In this document: positions 1-9,456 of the stretch, one piece after another
Numbering within the stretch: the stretch's first letter is position 1
How the letters are laid out: each line of letters starts with the position of its first letter
NCBI GenBank assembly: GCA_964529315.1
Contig: CAZGUU010000003.1
Location: 1-47,776, forward strand
Length of the DNA stretch: 47,776 nt
DNA from: an uncultured Enterobacteriaceae bacterium
GTDB taxonomy: Bacteria > Desulfobacterota > Binatia > UBA12015
Reading direction: 5' to 3'
Notes under the pieces: model-generated
What the model was told of the DNA's origin: nothing
The model's input: the letters and a program-made list of their open reading frames with translations, nothing else
The model's database searches: none
Made by a program: the position numbers and the translations under genes

Positions 1-535
1 CCATGGCGAGCACGGTGGCGTCGAACTCGCCGGCATCGAGCTTGCGCAGCCGCGTCTCGACGTTGCCGCGCAGCACGACCACCGCCAGGTCCGGCCGGGC
101 CCGCTTCAGCTGGCACTGCCGTCGCAGGCTCGAAGTGCCGACGCGTGCTGCAGGCGGTAGCTCGCGAAACGCGCCGCAAGCGTTCGACACGAAACCGTCG
201 CGCGGATCCGCGCGCTCGAGCACCGCCGCGATGCCGAGGCCCTCCGGCAGCTCCGCCGGCACGTCCTTCATCGAGTGGACGGCCAAGTCGATCTCGCACC
301 GGGCCAGCGCCTCCTCGAGCTCCTTGAGGAAGAGCCCCTTGCCACCGACCTTGGCCAGCGAGACGTCGGCGAGCCGATCGCCCGAGGTGCGCACGACGAC
401 CAGCTCGGCTTCGCAGCCGAGGCGCTCGATCCGCCGTGCGGTCTGCCCGCTCTGCGCCAGCGCGAGCGCGCTGCCGCGCGTGCCGATGCGCAGCCGTCGC
501 CTCCGGCCGCCCACCGGCTCGTCAGGAGGACTCAT
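1..535 (-). CDS. hemC: porphobilinogen deaminase (hydroxymethylbilane synthase), N-terminal part; 3' end lies beyond the window edge
   Basis: Not in the ORF track because it runs off the edge. Reverse-strand translation from ATG 535-533 gives MSPPDEPVGGRRRRLRIGTRGSALALAQSGQTARRIERLG...AVHSMKDVP, which is the HemC N-terminal signature. The ATG overlaps the hemA stop (522-524) by 14 nt. Confidence 0.85.
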   Translation of the reverse strand, partial: MSPPDEPVGGRRRRLRIGTRGSALALAQSGQTARRIERLGCEAELVVVRTSGDRLADVSLAKVGGKGLFLKELEEALARCEIDLAVHSMKDVPAELPEGLGIAAVLERADPRDGFVSNACGAFRELPPAARVGTSSLRRQCQLKRARPDLAVVVLRGNVETRLRKLDAGEFDATVLAM

Positions 536-1940
536 CGTCGGGCTCCGGAGGCTCCCCGGGCGCACCCGGTGCCACGGCGCGGACCGCCGCGGCGTCTCCC
601 GAACGCTCCAGGGCGAAGAGCCGGTGGACCAGCTCCGCGACCTCTGCGGCCGCCTCCCCGTCGTCCTCCTGGGCGAGCTGCTTCAACACCGAGAGCGGCG
701 CGTGCAGGATCTTGTTCACGATCGCCTGGGTCATCGCCTCGAGCGCACGGCGCTCCTCGGGATCGAGCTTGCGCAGCGCGCCCAGGGCGCGCTCGAGCTC
801 GGCGCGGCGGATGCCGTCGAGCTTGCCGCGCAGGGCGACGATCGTCGGCGTGACGTCGCGGCCCTCGAGCGAGCGCCAGAAGCGCTCCACCTCCTGCTCG
901 ACGATCTCCTCGGCACGCTGCGCCTCGCCCGCCCGCTCGGCGCGATTCGCATCGGCCACGCGGGCGAGGTCGTCGATGTTGTAGAGGTAGACGTTGTCGA
1001 GGTCGTTGATCGCCGGGTCGAAGTTGCGCGGCACGCCCAGGTCGATGAAGAACATCGGCCTGCGCCTGCGGGCACGGAGAACCTCGTGCAGGTGCGACGG
1101 TCCGACGATGTAGCCCGTGGCGGCCACCGAGCCCAGCACCACGTCGGCCAGGTGCAGGTAGCGGGGAAAGCGGTCGAAGGGCACCGGCGTGCCGCCGAAG
1201 CTGCGCGCGAGCTCGACCCCGCGATCGAAGGAGCGGTTGGTCACGATCACGCTGGCGATGCCCTGCCCCTGCAGGTGGCGCGCGGCGAGCTCGCTCATCT
1301 TGCCCGCACCGATGAGCATTGCCGTCTTGTCGCTCAGGTCGTCGAAGATCCGTCGCGCCAGGTCGACGGCCGCCGAGCTCACCGAGACCGCCTTGGCGGC
1401 GATGCCGGTCTCGCTGCGCACGCGCTTGGCGACGCGAAACGAGCGCTCGAAGCATCGCCGCAGCGTGCGCCGGGCAGCGCCGCCGTCCGCCGCCAGGCGA
1501 AACTGCTCCTTGAGCTGGCCCAAGATCTGCGGCTCGCCCACCATCATCGAGTCGAGGCTCGAGGCGACGCGGAAGAGGTGGCAGAGGGCGGACTTGCCGT
1601 GGTGGGCGTAGCGGTGGTGCCCCAGCGTCGCGGGCGACACTCCCCGCTCGCGCGCGAAGAACCGCGTGATCGACTCCACCACGTCGCCACCCCGCGGCGC
1701 CACGGCGAAGACCTCCACCCGGTTGCAGGTCGAGAGCAGCACGACCTCGGCAGTCGCGCCGAGCTCGGCGGCGAGCCGCCGTCCGGCCGGCGCCAGCTCG
1801 GCCGTGGGAAATGCCAGCCGCTCGCGCAGCTCGACCGGCGCCGTGCGGTGATTGACACCGACCAGCCACAGCTCGAGCTCTCGCTCGGCGCCCCCGTCTC
1901 GGCGCAGGGCGCGCACCTTGGAGGCGCCGCCTTCGCTCAC
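522..1940 (-). CDS. hemA: glutamyl-tRNA reductase
   Basis: ORF 522..2387(-). The conserved HemA N-terminus LWLVGVNHRTAPVELRERL starts about aa 172 of that ORF. NAD(P)-binding GAGKMSELAARHL is present. GTG at 1940-1938 forms a GTGA overlap with the upstream gene's stop. The start is uncertain; an alternative GTG lies at 1916. Confidence 0.85.
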   Translation of the reverse strand: MSEGGASKVRALRRDGGAERELELWLVGVNHRTAPVELRERLAFPTAELAPAGRRLAAELGATAEVVLLSTCNRVEVFAVAPRGGDVVESITRFFARERGVSPATLGHHRYAHHGKSALCHLFRVASSLDSMMVGEPQILGQLKEQFRLAADGGAARRTLRRCFERSFRVAKRVRSETGIAAKAVSVSSAAVDLARRIFDDLSDKTAMLIGAGKMSELAARHLQGQGIASVIVTNRSFDRGVELARSFGGTPVPFDRFPRYLHLADVVLGSVAATGYIVGPSHLHEVLRARRRRPMFFIDLGVPRNFDPAINDLDNVYLYNIDDLARVADANRAERAGEAQRAEEIVEQEVERFWRSLEGRDVTPTIVALRGKLDGIRRAELERALGALRKLDPEERRALEAMTQAIVNKILHAPLSVLKQLAQEDDGEAAAEVAELVHRLFALERSGDAAAVRAVAPGAPGEPPEPDDESS

Positions 1941-2758
1941 CCGAAGCTTCCCGCGTGTCGGCCGGGCGACAGCATGTTGATACCGACGAAGGCGACGAGC
2001 AGCACGCCGAAGCCGGCAATGGTCAGCCGCGCGGCGCGGCGCCCACCCCAGCCGACGGTCACGCGACCGTGCAGCAGAACCGCGTAGATCATCCAGACGA
2101 TGGTCGTCCAGATCGTGCGCGGCTCCCACGACCACAGTCGACCGAAGGACAGCTCGGCCCAGAGCACCCCGCTCAGGATGCTCAGGGTCAGCAGGACGAA
2201 GCCCCAGGTGAGACAGCGGAAGTTCGCCTGGTCGAGCGTCTCGAGCGACGGCAATCCCGGCAGCAGCTCGGCGACCCGATGGGACTTCAGCTTGCGTTCC
2301 TGCCAGAGGTACAGGAGGCTCACCAGGCAGGCGAAGGCGAAGGCCGCGTTGCCCAGGAACGCGAGCGAGACGTGCACGGGCAGCCACGGGCTGCGCAGCC
2401 CGGGCGGCACGTCGCGGGCACCGCCGTGATCGACGAGCGCGACCAGCGCGCCGATGAAGCCGATCGGCCCCACCAGTGCGCCCAGAACCGCCAGTCGGTG
2501 GCGCATCTGCACCAGCAGGTAGATACCGGCAAGCAGGCAGGTGAACAGCGAGATCTGCTCGGCGAAGCTGGTCGTGGCGATGGTTCCGACCTCCACCGAA
2601 CGCGCCACGATGGCCAGCGCCTGCACGACGAAGCCCGCGCCGACCGCCATCGTGGTCAATCGCCGGCTCGACTCGCTGCGCTGCACCAGGTGGAGGCCGC
2701 CCCCGAACGTCCCGGCGAGGTAGAGCGCGAGGCTCGCCTGGAGGAGAAGCGTCTCCAT
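1937..2758 (-). CDS. cytochrome c assembly / HemX-type (CcsA-like) integral membrane protein
   Basis: ORF 1937..3313(-) trimmed to ATG 2758-2756 (METLLLQASLALYLAG...). It has multiple hydrophobic helices and a Trp-rich segment, LWSWEPRTIWTTIVW, resembling the CcsA/HemX heme-handling motif. It sits between the sirC-like gene and hemA with 4-nt overlaps on both sides. Confidence 0.7.
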   Translation of the reverse strand: METLLLQASLALYLAGTFGGGLHLVQRSESSRRLTTMAVGAGFVVQALAIVARSVEVGTIATTSFAEQISLFTCLLAGIYLLVQMRHRLAVLGALVGPIGFIGALVALVDHGGARDVPPGLRSPWLPVHVSLAFLGNAAFAFACLVSLLYLWQERKLKSHRVAELLPGLPSLETLDQANFRCLTWGFVLLTLSILSGVLWAELSFGRLWSWEPRTIWTTIVWMIYAVLLHGRVTVGWGGRRAARLTIAGFGVLLVAFVGINMLSPGRHAGSFG

Positions 2759-3420
2759 CACGCCCCGGCTCGCTGCGCCGCCCACTCGGCGCCCGCTTCG
2801 AGCCCGGCGCACGCCCGGCTGGTCAGCGCGTCGACGCGCTCGGCGTCGCCGTCGCGCAGCGCCTCGATGAGGCCGCTCTCGAGCAAGCGCTCCAACGCCC
2901 GCCGGCGCGCGGGCCCAGGAGGGTATCGGCGGCGAAGCGCACCCAGGTGCTCGGCCGCGGCCGGGTACTCCGGACCGAGCCATGCCTCGATCCTGCGACG
3001 CAAGACTCGCGCGAGAGCCGGACTCGAGCCCCCGGTGCTCACGGCCACGGTGATCGCGCCTCGCTCGACGATCGCCGGCATGACGAAGGAGCAGCGCTCG
3101 GGCTCGTCGACCGCGTTCAGCCACACTCCGGCTGCCGTGGCATCGCCCGCGACCCGCTGCTGAAGCGATGCATCGCCGGTTGCGGCAAAGGCGAGGGCGA
3201 TTCCGGTGAGATCTTCCGTGCGATAGCCTCGCCGCTCGATGCGGACGGCGGCCCCAGCCGAGGCCAGGCGCTCGATCTCGGGGGCCACCTCGGGGGCGAC
3301 CACGGTCACGCACGCTCCCGCCGAGAGCAGGGCCTCGAGCTTGCGTACAGCCACCTCGCCCCCGCCGACGACGAGGCAGCGGCGACCGGCGAGGTCGACG
3401 AAGACCGGCAGGTAACGCAT
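2758..3420 (-). CDS. sirC: precorrin-2 dehydrogenase / sirohydrochlorin ferrochelatase (CysG N-terminal, SirC/Met8-like)
   Basis: C-terminal 220 aa of ORF 2758..5223(-), starting at ATG 3420-3418: MRYLPVFVDLAGRRCLVVGGGEVAVRKLEALLSAGACVTVVAP. This is a Rossmann GGGxVA motif typical of siroheme synthase N-domains. The TGA overlaps the next gene's ATG (ATGA). Confidence 0.75.
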   Translation of the reverse strand: MRYLPVFVDLAGRRCLVVGGGEVAVRKLEALLSAGACVTVVAPEVAPEIERLASAGAAVRIERRGYRTEDLTGIALAFAATGDASLQQRVAGDATAAGVWLNAVDEPERCSFVMPAIVERGAITVAVSTGGSSPALARVLRRRIEAWLGPEYPAAAEHLGALRRRYPPGPARRRALERLLESGLIEALRDGDAERVDALTSRACAGLEAGAEWAAQRAGA

Positions 3421-3450
3421 GCGTTCTCCCGCGCCGAGCGGGCGATGCCC

Positions 3451-3456
3451 ACTATA
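3451..3456 (-). promoter_or_regulatory. candidate -10 element (TATAGT on minus strand) upstream of the sirC-hemA operon
   Basis: This is the only AT-rich hexamer in the 116 nt gap. It lies 30 nt upstream of ATG 3420, with GGGAGAA between them as an SD. No convincing -35 was seen. Confidence 0.25.
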
Positions 3457-3536
3457 GCCAGGCGACACGGGCCGCGCACCTGCCCGCGTGGCCGAGCAGG
3501 CGGCACAGAAGTCCCCTTCCGGGCCCGATCGGCCTC

Positions 3537-5111
3537 TCAGGTGTTTCGCGGCACGCGGAGCTTCTGGCCCGCCTGGAGCGCCTTGGGTTGGCGAAGATTG
3601 TTCAGCCCCTGGATCAGCGCGACGGTGGTACCGTAGCGCCGCGCGATGTCGGCCAACGTCTGGCCGGGCGCGACGTGGTGCACCGTCAGCTCGCCCTGTT
3701 TGGCCACGCGAACGGCTTGCGTCGGCTTCTTGCTCGCCGTCGCAGCCGCCGCCTGAGCCTTCGCGGCGTCCTTGCCCGACGACTTCGCACGCGATCCGGC
3801 GACCTGCGTCTTGCGTCCCGAGGTCGCCGCACGTACCGCCAGGCGCCGCTCGGGCTGCTCGCGACCCATCGCCGCAAGCGCGCTGGCGATCTCGGCCTCG
3901 CCGCTGCCCGCCGACCTCGGCAGGCGCAGGACGTAGCCGCGTGGGATCGGCGCCCCGCCACGCGTCACGACCGGCAGGAGGGCCGGGTTGAGCTCGACCA
4001 CGTCGTCGCGCTGCACGCCCACGCGCCGGGCCACCTCGGCGAGGTGCACCGGCCGCGGGACCTCGACCTCGATGGCCTCGAGCGGCGGGAGAACGGGGAT
4101 CGCGCCGTAATGCTCCTGCGCACGACTGGTCACGTCGAGCGCGGCGAGGAACTCCGCATAGAAGTTGCGCGACGCAAAGCCGAAGGCACGGCCCCGGTAG
4201 CGGGCGACGATCTCGCCGATGTTCGTCGAGCCCGTCTCTGCCACGCCGCGCGCCACGCCACCCCGACCGTGGTTGTAGGCGGTGATCGCCAGCGGCCAGG
4301 CGCCCAGCGCCTCGTAATCGCCCTGCAGGTGCTCGGCCGCGGCCTCGGTGGCGCGCACCGGGTCGCGCCGCTCGTCGACCGCCGCGTCGATGCGCATGTA
4401 CTGGCGTCCCGTACGCGGCATGAACTGCCACACGCCCGCGGCGCCGACCTTGGAGTACGCCTCCACGTCGAAGCAGGACTCCACCAGCGGCAGGCGGGCG
4501 AGCTCCGTGGGCATGCCCCGCGTGGCGAAGATGCGCTCCATGCGCTCCAGGTATCGCCCCTGCTGAGCGATCCCGGCCGCGAACCGCTCGCGCAGACCGG
4601 CCTGGGTGCGAATCCGCTCGGCAGCCGCCAGGTAGCGATCGTCGCCCGGAACGTCGCGGAACAGCGCCTGGATCCGCTGCTCCTCGGCGGTCAGGCCCTG
4701 GGCCGCGGAGCCTCCCTCGTGCAGCCGCAGCAGGATGGCGCTGACCCGCATCTTGGCTTCGTCGATCTTGGCGGCACGCAGCGCCTCGACCTCCGAGGTG
4801 GCCGGTTCGCCGTCGGCGAACCAGGGCCTGAAGTCGAGCACCTCGTAGACCTTGCCGAGATACCAGGCATCGTGCACCACCACCTGGTGCTCCGAGTACG
4901 TGGCGAAGATCCGGGTCCAGAAGCCGACCGCCGGCTCGAGCGAGGCCGGACGCGGGAAGTCGCCTCGCTCGGCGCGGGCGCTGGGTCCGCCGATCGCCAG
5001 CAGGGCCGCCGCGAGCGCGGCGGCGAGTGCGACCTTTGACGCCGATGCTCTCTGATGCCGCGGCACGGCTCGCCCCGTGCCCCCCCACCGCCGATCGCTG
5101 CCTGGCTCCAT
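3537..5111 (-). CDS. mltD: membrane-bound lytic murein transglycosylase D-like (SLT domain + C-terminal LysM)
   Basis: ORF 3537..5111(-), 524 aa. N-terminal signal-like VALAAALAAALLAIGGPSARA. SLT motifs LPLVESCFD...AGVWQFMP...AITAYNHG. LysM at the C-terminus: HHVAPGQTLADIARRYGTTVALIQGLNNL...GQKLRVP. Confidence 0.8.
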   Translation of the reverse strand: MEPGSDRRWGGTGRAVPRHQRASASKVALAAALAAALLAIGGPSARAERGDFPRPASLEPAVGFWTRIFATYSEHQVVVHDAWYLGKVYEVLDFRPWFADGEPATSEVEALRAAKIDEAKMRVSAILLRLHEGGSAAQGLTAEEQRIQALFRDVPGDDRYLAAAERIRTQAGLRERFAAGIAQQGRYLERMERIFATRGMPTELARLPLVESCFDVEAYSKVGAAGVWQFMPRTGRQYMRIDAAVDERRDPVRATEAAAEHLQGDYEALGAWPLAITAYNHGRGGVARGVAETGSTNIGEIVARYRGRAFGFASRNFYAEFLAALDVTSRAQEHYGAIPVLPPLEAIEVEVPRPVHLAEVARRVGVQRDDVVELNPALLPVVTRGGAPIPRGYVLRLPRSAGSGEAEIASALAAMGREQPERRLAVRAATSGRKTQVAGSRAKSSGKDAAKAQAAAATASKKPTQAVRVAKQGELTVHHVAPGQTLADIARRYGTTVALIQGLNNLRQPKALQAGQKLRVPRNT

Positions 5112-5299
5112 CCGCGTCTCCCCACCCAGCCCGGCAAGGCGCAGGCACCGCCGCCGGCCAGCCCCGATTCGTCGTCGCGTCGTCGGCGGCAGGTGACGGT
5201 GAATCCAAGGCCGAGCGCGTCACACCGATCGCGACCCGCCGATTGGTACCAGTCCTCGTGCAGCCGAGTCAACGGGCACGCGCTGCCCGCGGAGCGGGG

Positions 5300-6847
5300 A
5301 TGTGCGCCCGGCCGAGCGCTCTGGCACCAGGCGAGCGGACCGCAGCACGCAATCGACGGGGCCGAGCTGCCATCGGGCTGGCCGTGGCCGCGCTCTATGC
5401 CGCAGCCTGTGCCTCGCCCCCCAGCGACCACCTCGTGGTGGGCATCGAATCCGCACCGACCTCGCTCGACCCGCGCCGCGCGCTCGACGCCAGCTCCGCG
5501 CAGGTGGCGAGCCTGCTGTTCCGCGGCCTGATTCGGGTGGGACCCGCGGGCGAGCCCATGGCGGATCTCGCCGAGCGCTGGGACCAGGTCGACCCGCTGA
5601 CCTACCGCTTCTTCCTGCGCGAGGCGCGCTTCCACGACGGCTCGCGGGTCACTGCGGGCGACGTCGTCGCGACGCTTCGCTCGCTCGACGCGCCGACGTT
5701 TCGCAGCCGGCACGGCGAGTGGCTCTCCCACGTGGCGACGATCGAAGCCGAGGATTCCCGGACCGTCCGATTCACGCTTCGCGAGCCGTTCGCGCCATTT
5801 CTCCACGGGCTCACCATGGGCGTGGTCCCGGCGGCCTGCGCCACCCGTAGCGAGTGCACCGTCGGCAGCGGCCCGTTCCTGCTCGCAGGCCGCGACCGGG
5901 ACTCGATCTCCCTGGCCGCCGCGCCGACCGCGGATCCCTCGCCGCGCCTTCCGGGGGTCGTCTTTCGCGCCTCGCCCGACGCCACCTCGCGAGCGCTGGG
6001 CTTGGCCCGCGGCGCCATCGACTTGGTGCAGAACGGAGTCGAGCCCGATCTGCTCCCTTGGCTTCGAGCGCAGGGCCTCGAGGTCCTCGACACCCCCGGC
6101 GCGACGTTCCACTACCTCGGCCTGAACCTGCGCCTGCCCGGGCTCTCCGATGCGCGGGTCCGCCGGGCGATCGCCCACGCGATCGACCGCCAAGCGATCG
6201 TCGAGCACCTGCTGCTCGGCCACGCCCGAGCAGCAGGCGAGCTGCTGCCCCCCGAGCACTGGGCGCACGCCGGCGCACGGCCCCTCGCCTACGACCCGCC
6301 ACGGGCGCGCGCGCTGCTCGCCGAGGCGGGCGCGCTGCCGCTGCGCCTGCGGTACAAGACGTCGACCGTCGAACAGCGGCGGCGGGTCGCCGAGGCGATC
6401 GCGTTCTTCCTCGGCGAGGTCGGCATCGAGGTCGAGATCCGGCCCCTGGAGTGGGCGGCGCTCTACGGCGACGTGCGCAAGGGCAACTTCGAGCTCTTCT
6501 CCCTGGCCTGGGTGGGGGTCGTGGATCCAGACCACTACTTCGGCTGGCTGCACTCGGAGATGGCTCCGCCACGCGGCGACAACCGCGGCGGCTACACCAA
6601 TGCACACGTCGATCGCCTGGCCCGCGAGGCGCGCGACACGGCAGACCCCGGGCGCCGCCGCGACCTCTACGCCCGACTGGTGGCCGAGGTGGAAGCCGAC
6701 CTGCCCTACGTTCCCCTGTGGTGGACGTCCAACGTGGTGGTCGTGACGCCGCGCCTTGCGGGATTCGCCCCCGCCCCGGATGGCGACCTCCGTGGCCTGG
6801 CAAGCGCGTGGTGGAGCCGAGCCCCGCGCCGCGCAGGCGAGGGCTGA
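5300..6847 (+). CDS. ABC transporter substrate-binding protein, family 5 (peptide/nickel, DppA/OppA-like), probable lipoprotein
   Basis: ORF 5027..6847(+) trimmed to ATG 5300 (MCARPSALA...AIGLAVAALYAAACASPP, lipobox-like). Family-5 style VVGIESAPTSLDPRRALDASSAQVASLLFRGL and DPDHYF-type C-terminal region. It is followed by two permease genes. Confidence 0.75.
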   Translation: MCARPSALAPGERTAARNRRGRAAIGLAVAALYAAACASPPSDHLVVGIESAPTSLDPRRALDASSAQVASLLFRGLIRVGPAGEPMADLAERWDQVDPLTYRFFLREARFHDGSRVTAGDVVATLRSLDAPTFRSRHGEWLSHVATIEAEDSRTVRFTLREPFAPFLHGLTMGVVPAACATRSECTVGSGPFLLAGRDRDSISLAAAPTADPSPRLPGVVFRASPDATSRALGLARGAIDLVQNGVEPDLLPWLRAQGLEVLDTPGATFHYLGLNLRLPGLSDARVRRAIAHAIDRQAIVEHLLLGHARAAGELLPPEHWAHAGARPLAYDPPRARALLAEAGALPLRLRYKTSTVEQRRRVAEAIAFFLGEVGIEVEIRPLEWAALYGDVRKGNFELFSLAWVGVVDPDHYFGWLHSEMAPPRGDNRGGYTNAHVDRLAREARDTADPGRRRDLYARLVAEVEADLPYVPLWWTSNVVVVTPRLAGFAPAPDGDLRGLASAWWSRAPRRAGEG

Positions 6848-6853
6848 TCCGCC

Positions 6854-7777
6854 ATGCCGCGCACCCTGCTGCTGCGCGTCCTGCTGGCTGCTCCCACGGC
6901 CCTAGGGGTGGCCCTGCTGGTCTTCGCCCTCCTGCGCGCCCTCCCCGGCGACCCGGTCGACGCGATGCTCGGCGAGACGGCCACGGCCGGCGATCGCGCA
7001 GCGCTGCGACAAGCCCTCGGGCTCGACCAGCCGGCCTCGCTCCAGCTGGCGCGATTCCTCGGGGGCCTGGCGCGGGGGGATCTCGGCGGATCGCTGATCG
7101 ACGGCGAGCCGGTCTCGCGCCTGATCCTCGAACGTTACCCGGCGACGCTCGAGCTGGCCGCCGCGGCGGTCGCCATCGCCCTGATCGTCGCAGTGCCCCT
7201 GGGAATCGCCGCGGCCCCTCGCCCGGGATCGAGCATCGACCGGCTGCTGCTCGGCTTCGCGCTGGGCGCCACCTCCCTGCCGACCTTCGCCCTCGGGCCG
7301 CTGCTGATCCTCGGCTTCTCCGTCGAGCTCGGCTGGCTGCCGGTCGCCGGCCGCTCCGGTGCGGCGAGCCTCGTCCTGCCCGGGGCCACGCTGGGCATCG
7401 GCATGGCGGCGATCCTCGCCCGTCATCTGTGCGTCGCGCTGCGCGCCGCCCTCGACCTCGATTGCATCCGCGCTGCACGCGCACGCGGTGTACCGCCGGC
7501 GGGCCTGCTCCTGCGCCATGCGCTGCGCAACGCTTCGACCGCCGTGGTCACGGTATTCGGCCTGCAGGTCGGCGGGCTGCTCGCCGGCGCGATCGTCACG
7601 GAGACGATCTTCGCCTGGCCGGGTCTGGGGCGCCTGCTGGTGCAAGCGATCGGCTCGCGCGACTACCCGGTGGCACAGGGCTGCGTCCTGGCGATCGCGC
7701 TCACCTACGTGGCCGTGAACCTGGCCACCGATCTCCTCCAGGCCTGGCTCGACCCGCGCCTGCGTGGAGCGCCATGA
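6854..7777 (+). CDS. ABC transporter permease (DppB/OppB-like)
   Basis: ORF 6854..7777(+), 307 aa. N-terminal LVFALLRALPGDPVDAML motif and multiple TM segments. Its stop overlaps the next ATG (ATGA at 7774-7777). Confidence 0.85.
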   Translation: MPRTLLLRVLLAAPTALGVALLVFALLRALPGDPVDAMLGETATAGDRAALRQALGLDQPASLQLARFLGGLARGDLGGSLIDGEPVSRLILERYPATLELAAAAVAIALIVAVPLGIAAAPRPGSSIDRLLLGFALGATSLPTFALGPLLILGFSVELGWLPVAGRSGAASLVLPGATLGIGMAAILARHLCVALRAALDLDCIRAARARGVPPAGLLLRHALRNASTAVVTVFGLQVGGLLAGAIVTETIFAWPGLGRLLVQAIGSRDYPVAQGCVLAIALTYVAVNLATDLLQAWLDPRLRGAP

Positions 7778-8637
7778 GCGCGTCGCTCGACTCGCCGGGG
7801 TCGCACAGCAACCACCGGCCTCCCCGCCGCAGGCGCTGGCTCGAGCTCGGAGTCGTCCTGCTGCTCGCGCTCTGCGCCGGCGCGGCCCTGGCGCCGCGGA
7901 TCGCCCCGGCGGGCCCGCTTCGCCAGGACCTCTCCCAGAGCCTCGCCTCCCCCTCGGCGGCGCATCCGCTGGGGACCGACCGCCTCGGACGCGACGTGCT
8001 CGCGCGCTTGCTGTTCGGCGCGCGCCTCTCGCTCGGCGTCGGCGCCGCTGCCGTGGCGGCATCCCTCTTCCTCGGCACCGCTCTGGGCGCGCTGGCCGGC
8101 TACGGCGGTCGCTGGATCGACGAGGCCGTGCTCCGCGCCAGCGACGTGGTGCTCGCCTTTCCCGGCATCCTGCTCGCCGTCGCCCTGGCAGCCGTGCTCG
8201 GCCCGAGCGCGCGCAACGTCGTCGTCGCCCTCACCGTGATGGGCTGGCCGGCCTACGCCCGGCTGGTGCGCGCCGAGCTGCGCGCCGCGGCGACCCTCGA
8301 CTACGCGCGCGCCGCCGAGTCCCTGGGGGCGAGCGCGCCACGCATCGCCGTGCGGCACCTGCTACCCGCGGCGTGGCCGTCGCTCGCCGTCCAGGCGAGC
8401 TTCGGCATGAGCGGCGCGATCATCGCCGAGGCCGGGCTCTCGTTCCTCGGCCTGGGCGTGCCGCCGCCAGCTCCATCCTGGGGGGCGATGCTCGCCGAGG
8501 GACGCTCCCTGCTCGTCGTGGCCCCGCGCCTGACCATCGCCCCCGCCGTGGCCGTGCTGCTCACCGTCCTGGCGATCAACCTGATCGCCGAGGACCTCTC
8601 CTCGGGCACCCGGCGAAGCGGCGCGACTCAACGCTGA
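7774..8637 (+). CDS. ABC transporter permease (DppC/OppC-like)
   Basis: C-terminal 287 aa of ORF 5854..8637(+), from ATG 7774. Contains HPLGTDRLGRDVLARLLFGARLSL and EAGLSFLGLGVPPP motifs typical of DppC/OppC. Confidence 0.85.
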   Translation: MSASLDSPGSHSNHRPPRRRRWLELGVVLLLALCAGAALAPRIAPAGPLRQDLSQSLASPSAAHPLGTDRLGRDVLARLLFGARLSLGVGAAAVAASLFLGTALGALAGYGGRWIDEAVLRASDVVLAFPGILLAVALAAVLGPSARNVVVALTVMGWPAYARLVRAELRAAATLDYARAAESLGASAPRIAVRHLLPAAWPSLAVQASFGMSGAIIAEAGLSFLGLGVPPPAPSWGAMLAEGRSLLVVAPRLTIAPAVAVLLTVLAINLIAEDLSSGTRRSGATQR

Positions 8638-9434
8638 CAGGAGGCACAGAAGAAGGTGCCCCGACCGCCGATCACTTGGCGGGACACCAGGGTGCCGCAG
8701 CGCCGACAAGGCTCGCCCGAGCGCTCGTAGACCGACAGAGAGCGCTGGAACTCACCCGCATTGCCGTCTGCATCGCGGTAGTCGAGCAGCGAGGAGCCGC
8801 CGCTCGCGATCGCCCGCTCGAGGACCCGTCGGATGGCATCGACCAGGCGCTCGGCTTCGGCCCGGCGCAGCCGGCCGCAGCGGCGGCTCGGCCGGATGCC
8901 GGCGAAGAACAGCGCCTCGTTGGCGTAGATGTTGCCGAGCCCGGCGATGCGGCGCTGGTCCATGAGGAGAGACTTGACGGCGAGCCGGCGGTGGCGACGC
9001 ACCTCTCGCCAGAGGTGCTCGGCGCAGAAGGCGTCGTCCAAGGGCTCGATGCCGACCTCGCCGAGATCGGCGTCGTCCGAGCTGAGCATCATCAAACCGA
9101 AGCGGCGGGGGTCGCGGAAGTAGAGCCGGCCTCCTCCCTCGAGCTCGACCAGGACATGCACGTGGGGGAGGCCCGCGGGCGGCTCGCCCGCGCACAGGCG
9201 GCCGCTCATGCCGAGATGCACGACCCAGCGCAGCCCTTCGCCGACGTCCAGGAGCAGGTATTTCGCGCGCCGGCCGACGCTCTGGATCGTGCGGCCTTCG
9301 AGTCGGCTCACCAGGTCGGCGGGGATCGGCCGCCGCAGGCGGCGCTCGCGCACCACGACGCGTAGAATGCGCCTGCCGACGACGTGCGGCGCGATGGTCC
9401 TTCGCACCGTCTCGATCTCGGGAAGCTCCGGCAT
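8628..9434 (-). CDS. mutM: formamidopyrimidine-DNA glycosylase
   Basis: ORF 8628..9467(-) trimmed to ATG 9434 so the N-terminus is MPELPEIETVRR (catalytic Pro2). C-terminal zinc finger CRRCGTLVSRQVIGGRGTFFCASC. Its 3' end overlaps the convergent dppC-like gene by 10 nt. Confidence 0.9.
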   Translation of the reverse strand: MPELPEIETVRRTIAPHVVGRRILRVVVRERRLRRPIPADLVSRLEGRTIQSVGRRAKYLLLDVGEGLRWVVHLGMSGRLCAGEPPAGLPHVHVLVELEGGGRLYFRDPRRFGLMMLSSDDADLGEVGIEPLDDAFCAEHLWREVRRHRRLAVKSLLMDQRRIAGLGNIYANEALFFAGIRPSRRCGRLRRAEAERLVDAIRRVLERAIASGGSSLLDYRDADGNAGEFQRSLSVYERSGEPCRRCGTLVSRQVIGGRGTFFCASCQR

Positions 9435-9456
9435 CGTCCCCCGGCCCGCCCTCGCC

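Noticed and set aside
2758-5223. An 821-aa ORF that appears to fuse the sirC-like gene to a large N-terminal region.
   Set aside because: Only the last 220 aa, from ATG 3420, look like a real protein. The upstream part is Arg/Gly/Ala-rich and overlaps, in a different reading frame on the same strand, the well-supported mltD-like gene.
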